Of a DNA stretch of 64,000 bases, positions 58,781 through 64,000 are shown piece after piece. The notes beneath the pieces were generated by a model, which was not told where the DNA came from, ran no database searches, and saw only the letters and a program-made list of their open reading frames with translations. Source of the DNA: Eledone cirrhosa (lineage: Eukaryota); the NCBI GenBank assembly GCA_964016885.1, contig OZ024743.1, positions 315,456,001-315,520,000 of the forward strand, in the 5' to 3' direction. The stretch's first letter is position 1. The number at the start of each line of letters is the position of its first letter. Position numbers and translations under genes: made by a program.

Positions 58781-59170
58781 CAAATAACGAAACGAAATTA
58801 AATTTCGTTTCGTTTGTAACTCACTTTTGTATGACTGACGCTCAAACAATTAAGTCAAAGATGTACATCCATATATGTATACTGAAATACTAGTATGTAT
58901 ATGAATACACACACGTATACATATGTAGATGTACCAAGTTTTTTTCACTGATCACTTTACTGTGAGTGGCCAGCTATTCTGTATGTAAACACACAGACAA
59001 ACCGGTTTTTAGAGTCATACTGGTTTTTGAGGAAACACCTTTCCTCTATTCTCCAGAAAGCCAGACAAGGAATATTGAACTAGTTTCGTTGTTGTTACAA
59101 CTCATCAGCAATATTTACCTATCTTCCGGCCTCTCAGTATACATATATGTACATCTTTGACTTAATTGTT
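58778..59170 (-). mobile_element. Non-coding HHR element, distant relative of the 432-bp family
   Basis: Starts at (TA)n with GAAACGAAATT..; short inverted piece at ~59133-59170. Confidence 0.8.
59071..59115 (-). ncRNA. Minimal type I hammerhead ribozyme, fully canonical core
   Basis: AATATTG-CTGATGA-GTTGT-AACA-ACAAC-GAAA-CTA-GTT-CAATATT. Confidence 0.9.
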
Positions 59171-59672
59171 TAATCTTTGACTTATATATATATGCATATA
59201 TATATATATATATACATATATATATACATATATATACATATATACATACATATATATATATGTTTATAATATATTTATATATGCGTGTCTGTGTGTGTGT
59301 GACTTTCTAGGAAGGGATATATATATATACGAAAGTGACTGTCTTTATAAGGATTGTATATAAAAAGTGTTTTATGTTTTATATTTAATAAAGAAATGTT
59401 AAATACATAGTTTCTCAAATGACAATACTTTACCACTTTTAACACGCACTTATAATATAAAACTTACCTTTGTTTACTGCTGATTCTCCCTTCATGTGTT
59501 TGTGTGTATTTGAATATATATATACATTCATACACATATGTATATATATTAAAAAATAAAAATATATATATATATATATAACGAAGGAAGTGTGGAAAGG
59601 AACCAGATGGATCATAACGCACCAGAGGTACTCAATACTTAGGGTAGTTGAGTGGGGTTAAATATTTTCCAC

Positions 59673-59715
<43 letters not shown>

Positions 59716-59725
59716 AACCAGTAAG

Positions 59726-59819
59726 ACCCCGACAGCTGAGCTCAAGCCGTTTCGACGGCTAATTCTGGACTAAATGAAAATTTATCCTGGTATTTAAATA
59801 GCCGATCTTCTCAAGGGGT
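59726..59819 (-). ncRNA. Type I hammerhead ribozyme, U3-A8 variant with full stem III
   Basis: ACCCC-TTGAGAA-GATCGGCTA...TAGCCGTC-GAAA-CGGCT-TGAGCTC-AGCT-GTC-GGGGT. Confidence 0.88.
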
Positions 59820-60925
59820 AATTCCATATATGATCAAAGTGATTGTCAAAAATCATTAGTAATTCTGTGATTGCAAATTAGTAGGGGAGATGGTGGCTAA
59901 ACCTGCCAGTAGGAGAAAGAAGGGAGGGGGTGGAGTAGACCCAATCAAGCGTTGGTAGTGCCAGCTACAGCTGGGCATGAGGTCAAAGAAGATATTGGGG
60001 AGGGGGAGGGGGAGGAAGTCGGAACGGTAGGTAGAACAATGGGGGGTAAAAATATATATGAAAGAAAAAATACTGAGAGTGAAGAAAAGCGAATAAGTGT
60101 AAAGAAAAAAAAAAAAAAAAAAAGTAAAGCAAGTTCTACGACCTAGGTCTCTAGCTATTGTTAGGCTAGAATAAATAAATAAAGAAAGAAAGAAGTAAAG
60201 AAAGAAATAAAGAAATAACGAAATAAGTAAAAGAACTAGGTGGGACGAATTAGGCAAGGACCCTTTTAAGAGGTATAAGTACGTAAATGATACGGTGACG
60301 GGTCAACAAAAGGGGCCAAAATACTAAAGAGACTACCACGAAATAAATAATAAAGGTTTCTATCCCGGGCACAATGCCAGCAACCACCCATCTCAGCAAA
60401 GTGAACTAGTACGAGATAATAATTCTGAGTCCCGAAAAAAATATATACTAATGCTAACTCTAAACGATCTAAAACAAGCTACATGAAAGTTCGTACGAAG
60501 TAAAGGTAGAATACGGAAAAATAAATTCAGAATCCACCCTGTCCAAAAGAAAAGCGAAGAAAGAAATACTGAAACGAAAAAATAAGGCATAAGTGCCACT
60601 AAGAAATATAGAAGGCACGGAGAATAGTGAGAGCGATCGGAAAAAGGGGGCAAGTATCCGGGGTCTAAACCAACTGCTATAAAAGGCGGAGTCGGCCAAA
60701 TCTATCATAGACTAGGGGAGGGGGTGGGGGTACTAAGGCTACAAGGGGCCAAAGGGCAGCCTCGGGTGGGCGAGAAAAGACGCCGACAAAGGAGAAGAGC
60801 TGGGGTAGAAGGACTAAGGAGAGATGGGGGAAGGAAATAAAGGAAGCGATAAAAGAATAAAAAGAAGATCTTACGTCTCCCTTGGCAAGCAGGGGTTACC
60901 CATTGCAAAATCGGCAAGTGGGGTG

Positions 60926-62686
60926 TTATAGCCCTAGTCTACCCCCCCCCCCCCGGTCATTATGGGGTTTGAGGGCAAGGTAAGTCCTACGCAATCTATG
61001 TTTACATGCAGTAACCAGTTCATCGTTCTTGTTTAGGAGTTGGTCCGTCGAAAACAGCATTTGTAAAGTTTCCTCCGAGCATAAATTGCACGGACGGCGT
61101 CCTCCCGTGTAAGAATTGGCTCTGGACAGTAATCTCCAAGTGAGATCATAGGTGATGTTGTTGTCCTTGAGGTCCCATATGTGGCCCGAAAGTGTAGTGG
61201 CGTGACGCCGGGCCGGGTTTCGGAAGGTATTTCTATGTTGGTATAGCCGGGTCTTGAAGTCACATGCGGTAAGTCCTATATAGGCTTTGTTGGAGGTATC
61301 CGTCCTCACGTTGCACTGGTAGATCACATTACGGTCTCTGCATCTATTGTCGAGTGGGCAAATGGATCTATCCGGACAGTTACACCTCCTGGTCGGTTCT
61401 CCACTGCTATTTAGGTTATTTCTGCCATCAGGGTTGAGTTTTTTGTTGTTAGAGGAGACGATGTTTTGTGCGAAGTTTGGTGTAGTGCTGTAAGAGAGTT
61501 TGATGGTATTTTTGTTAATTATGTTGTGGTAGCGGTGTTGTAATGGGAAGTGTTTTTCAATGAGCCTAAAGAATAGTTTCCCGATGGGAGTTGTCACCTC
61601 TGCGTTGTGGGGAGGATTGAACCATGTTACATTGCGTGAGCGGCGGTGTCTCCTGCTGGTTCCGCTAATGGGAGCTGGACAGTAGGATATTTCCTCCCGG
61701 AAACCACTCCACCTGAGGGCCTGGTTGTAATAAGGCGCATGTTCATCGAATATCCGCTCATTAGCTGACAAACGGGATATGCGGAGGGAGATGTTTTTGA
61801 CCAGGTTGTTTGTGATGTTCCTAGGATGGTTTGATCGGCGGTGGATGTAGTGCAGATTGTCATTAGGTTTCCTGTATGGGTAGTACAGGTCGTTTTCGAG
61901 GTCGAGGGTCACGTCCAGGAAGTTTACTCGCGTCAGGGACGTTTGTAGGGTTATTTTAAATCCCCAGTCGCGGAAGAATCTGATTAATTGTTTCCGGACC
62001 CGATCTGTACTACTGGGGTTGTACCCTTTAAGGGTAAGGAGCCCATCATCACGGTACAATCCACCACCGAATGCAGGAAACATATCAGTGAGTTTGGCTA
62101 TTAGGAATAATCCTATAAGATCTGTGACCTCCGCCGAATCCGTGGCGCCCATGCTGACGTCGAAGGGTGAGTCGGGAGCTCTTTTTATCCATTTAGAGTC
62201 GTCAAAGAGTAAGACTGTCTTCCTGGCGTGGAGGATGATTTTTCTTTCCTGGTCGGTGATGGGCACAAGTGTTTCGGCGAAGTCCAAGGCGGCAGTAAGT
62301 AGCGGTAAGGTGATTGAAGCATAGTAGCTCTCTATGTCGAACTGTATGAATTTAGTGTCTCGTTTATCTTCCATATTGCTGAACCATGAGATTACTTCCT
62401 GGGTGTTGATCCATAGGCTAAGTCGGGCGTGTTGCTTGACTTTTGGTATCACGCGGTCTAGGATTTTTTTGCTGATTCTCCCTATGTCGGACTTCGTTGG
62501 GTTAATAAGCCTGATAGAGGGTTTACGGTCAAAATCGGATTTATGGTCCTTCAGTGTGAAGTATGGTGTCCGTGGGTCTAGAGGTTCCGTGCGGTCGGCG
62601 ACCCCGAGGCTGGAGGTAATTTGTTGTCCATCTCGATTTATGTCCTCGATGCAAGAGTGGTTGGCCTTTTTATACACTTTGATCAT
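60926..62686 (-). CDS. Penelope-like reverse transcriptase + GIY-YIG endonuclease (586 aa, 5'-truncated but uninterrupted)
   Basis: TLKDHK..RLINPTKS; FIQFDIESYY; FDVSMGATDSAE; GLYRDDGL; VNFLDVTLDL; CPLDNRC..VIYQC..YIGLT..FKTR..H; CNLC..E..LLNK..E..CKH. Confidence 0.95.
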   Translation of the reverse strand: MIKVYKKANHSCIEDINRDGQQITSSLGVADRTEPLDPRTPYFTLKDHKSDFDRKPSIRLINPTKSDIGRISKKILDRVIPKVKQHARLSLWINTQEVISWFSNMEDKRDTKFIQFDIESYYASITLPLLTAALDFAETLVPITDQERKIILHARKTVLLFDDSKWIKRAPDSPFDVSMGATDSAEVTDLIGLFLIAKLTDMFPAFGGGLYRDDGLLTLKGYNPSSTDRVRKQLIRFFRDWGFKITLQTSLTRVNFLDVTLDLENDLYYPYRKPNDNLHYIHRRSNHPRNITNNLVKNISLRISRLSANERIFDEHAPYYNQALRWSGFREEISYCPAPISGTSRRHRRSRNVTWFNPPHNAEVTTPIGKLFFRLIEKHFPLQHRYHNIINKNTIKLSYSTTPNFAQNIVSSNNKKLNPDGRNNLNSSGEPTRRCNCPDRSICPLDNRCRDRNVIYQCNVRTDTSNKAYIGLTACDFKTRLYQHRNTFRNPARRHATTLSGHIWDLKDNNITYDLTWRLLSRANSYTGGRRPCNLCSEETLQMLFSTDQLLNKNDELVTACKHRLRRTYLALKPHNDRGGGGRLGL

Positions 62687-62696
62687 ATATGGAATT

Positions 62697-62790
62697 ACCC
62701 CTTGAGAAGATCGGCTATTTAAATACCAGGATAAATTTTCATTTAGTCCAGAATTAGCCGTCGAAACGGCTTGAGCTCAGCTGTCGGGGT
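62697..62790 (+). ncRNA. Type I hammerhead ribozyme, U3-A8 variant (inverted copy)
   Basis: Identical to 59726-59819 on the opposite strand; TTGAGAA 62702-62708, GAAA 62763-62766, GTC 62783-62785. Confidence 0.88.
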
Positions 62791-62881
62791 CTTACTGGTT
62801 CCTATTACCCACTCTACTACCCCAAGTATTGAGTACTTTAGTGCGTTATGGTCCACCTGGTTCCTTACCACATTTCCTTCG

Positions 62882-62926
<45 letters not shown>

Positions 62927-63029
62927 CATATATGATGGCTGCCCCCTCGTTATCGAGTATGGCCATTGCACGAGGAGAAAAAATATATTAATAAATAAAT
63001 CAAAAATAAAATAAAATAAAAAAAAAGAA

Positions 63030-63063
<34 letters not shown>

Positions 63064-63251
63064 ATATACATATATACAAACATAATATATACATACACAC
63101 ATAAACATTAATAACAATAATAATAATAATAACAACAACAACAATAATAATAACGACAACAACAACAATAATAATATACATATACATATATATATACACA
63201 CACACGCGCACACATAAACATATCTATACACACCAACACACACGATAGCAA

Positions 63252-63560
63252 CTAACAGCGCTGCGATCGAATGTGGCTTTTTAGCCCAGCCAATGATCTA
63301 AAATGTCTTGCACAGAGTCGGCAACCAAAACATTCACTGGGAATAGTCGGCTGTGGTTGGAGTTCGTGTACTTTTGCATGTCGTTTGAGCCCTCCTGGTG
63401 ATTTACATTCTCTACCACATGCTTGGCAAGCATGATGAGTAGCATCTCCAACAGCAGCCTGGTAGTCAACCACTGGTCTTACTTTATGACTGCGAAGATG
63501 ACTTTCGAGTCCAGCTTTGCTTAGGCAGAGTCTCGCACAGACGCTGTATGTCAGCACCAT
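63252..63560 (-). other. Open segment with three C2H2-type zinc fingers, likely a LINE (RTE-like) C-terminal fragment
   Basis: (Y)SVCARLCLSKAGLESHLRSH, CQACGRECKSPGGLKRHAKVH, CRLCARHFRSLAGLKSHIRSQ; no TGEKP linkers; begins abruptly at (TA)n. Confidence 0.6.
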
Positions 63561-63881
63561 ATATATATATATACACACACATTAATTGGATTAGATGCGT
63601 AGTTGATGCGTAGTTGATCATTTAAGACCGAGAGATATGTTCAAAGCTCGAATGTGATTTTATTATTCACAGTAAGATAGGCATAAGGCAGTTTAATCCA
63701 ATTTATAAATTTCCAGTCATAGGAGTTTTATAACATCACAGAGCATATATAAAATAAATAAATAAACAACCAAGGTTTTATACATTATTTAAATGACTTA
63801 CCCGCATTTCTTTCAAATACAATAATCTTTTTATTGAAACCTTCAGAATCATTAAATAATAGGCATTACATGTATTAGTCA

Positions 63882-63957
63882 ATGATTCTGAAGATTTCAA
63901 TAAAAAGGATTAAAATATGACTTCCTTCTGTATTTGAAAGAAACGCGTGTACATCAA
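63882..63957 (+). ncRNA. Probable hammerhead (stem I mismatches) with inverted partial copy at ~63825-63853
   Basis: ATGATT-CTGAAGA-TTTCAA...TTGAAA-GAAA-CGCGT-GTA-CATCAA. Confidence 0.5.
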
Positions 63958-64000
63958 TTAAGTAATGTATTACACCTTGGTTATTTATTTATTCTTCATG

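Larger units (their letters stand above)
59711..62883 (-). mobile_element. Young Penelope-like element with inverted pseudo-LTR, inserted in (TA)n
   Basis: 59711-59841 is the exact reverse complement of 62675-62805; RT+EN ORF lies between; an older diverged terminal fragment sits at 59581-59657. Confidence 0.95.

Overview
AT-rich, microsatellite-saturated eukaryotic intergenic/intronic DNA with no recognisable host exon. The (TA)n/(GT)n/(GA)n load and the tRNA-derived SINE family suggest a cephalopod, probably Octopus (inference). Most of the window is mobile-element debris: one Penelope-like element (PLE) with an uninterrupted 586-aa RT plus GIY-YIG ORF (60926-62686, minus), four or more decayed PLEs, CR1-, RTE- and CRE-like LINE remnants, tRNA-SINEs, hAT and mariner MITEs, non-autonomous Helitrons, and a 7.7-kb CAC/CAA cryptic satellite containing a 2437-bp tandem duplication. 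The main unlisted signal is RNA structure. By eye I count about 16 apparently complete type I hammerhead ribozymes (HHRs) plus several decayed ones. They lie in PLE pseudo-LTRs and in short non-coding 310-560 nt units arranged as partial tandems or asymmetric foldbacks inside (TA)n tracts, i.e. a retrozyme-like population probably mobilised by PLEs. These HHRs show C3-G8 to U3-A8 core covariation within one family, recurrent non-canonical U.U closure of stem II, and palindromic stem III. All structures were read manually, not computed; no activity is demonstrated.
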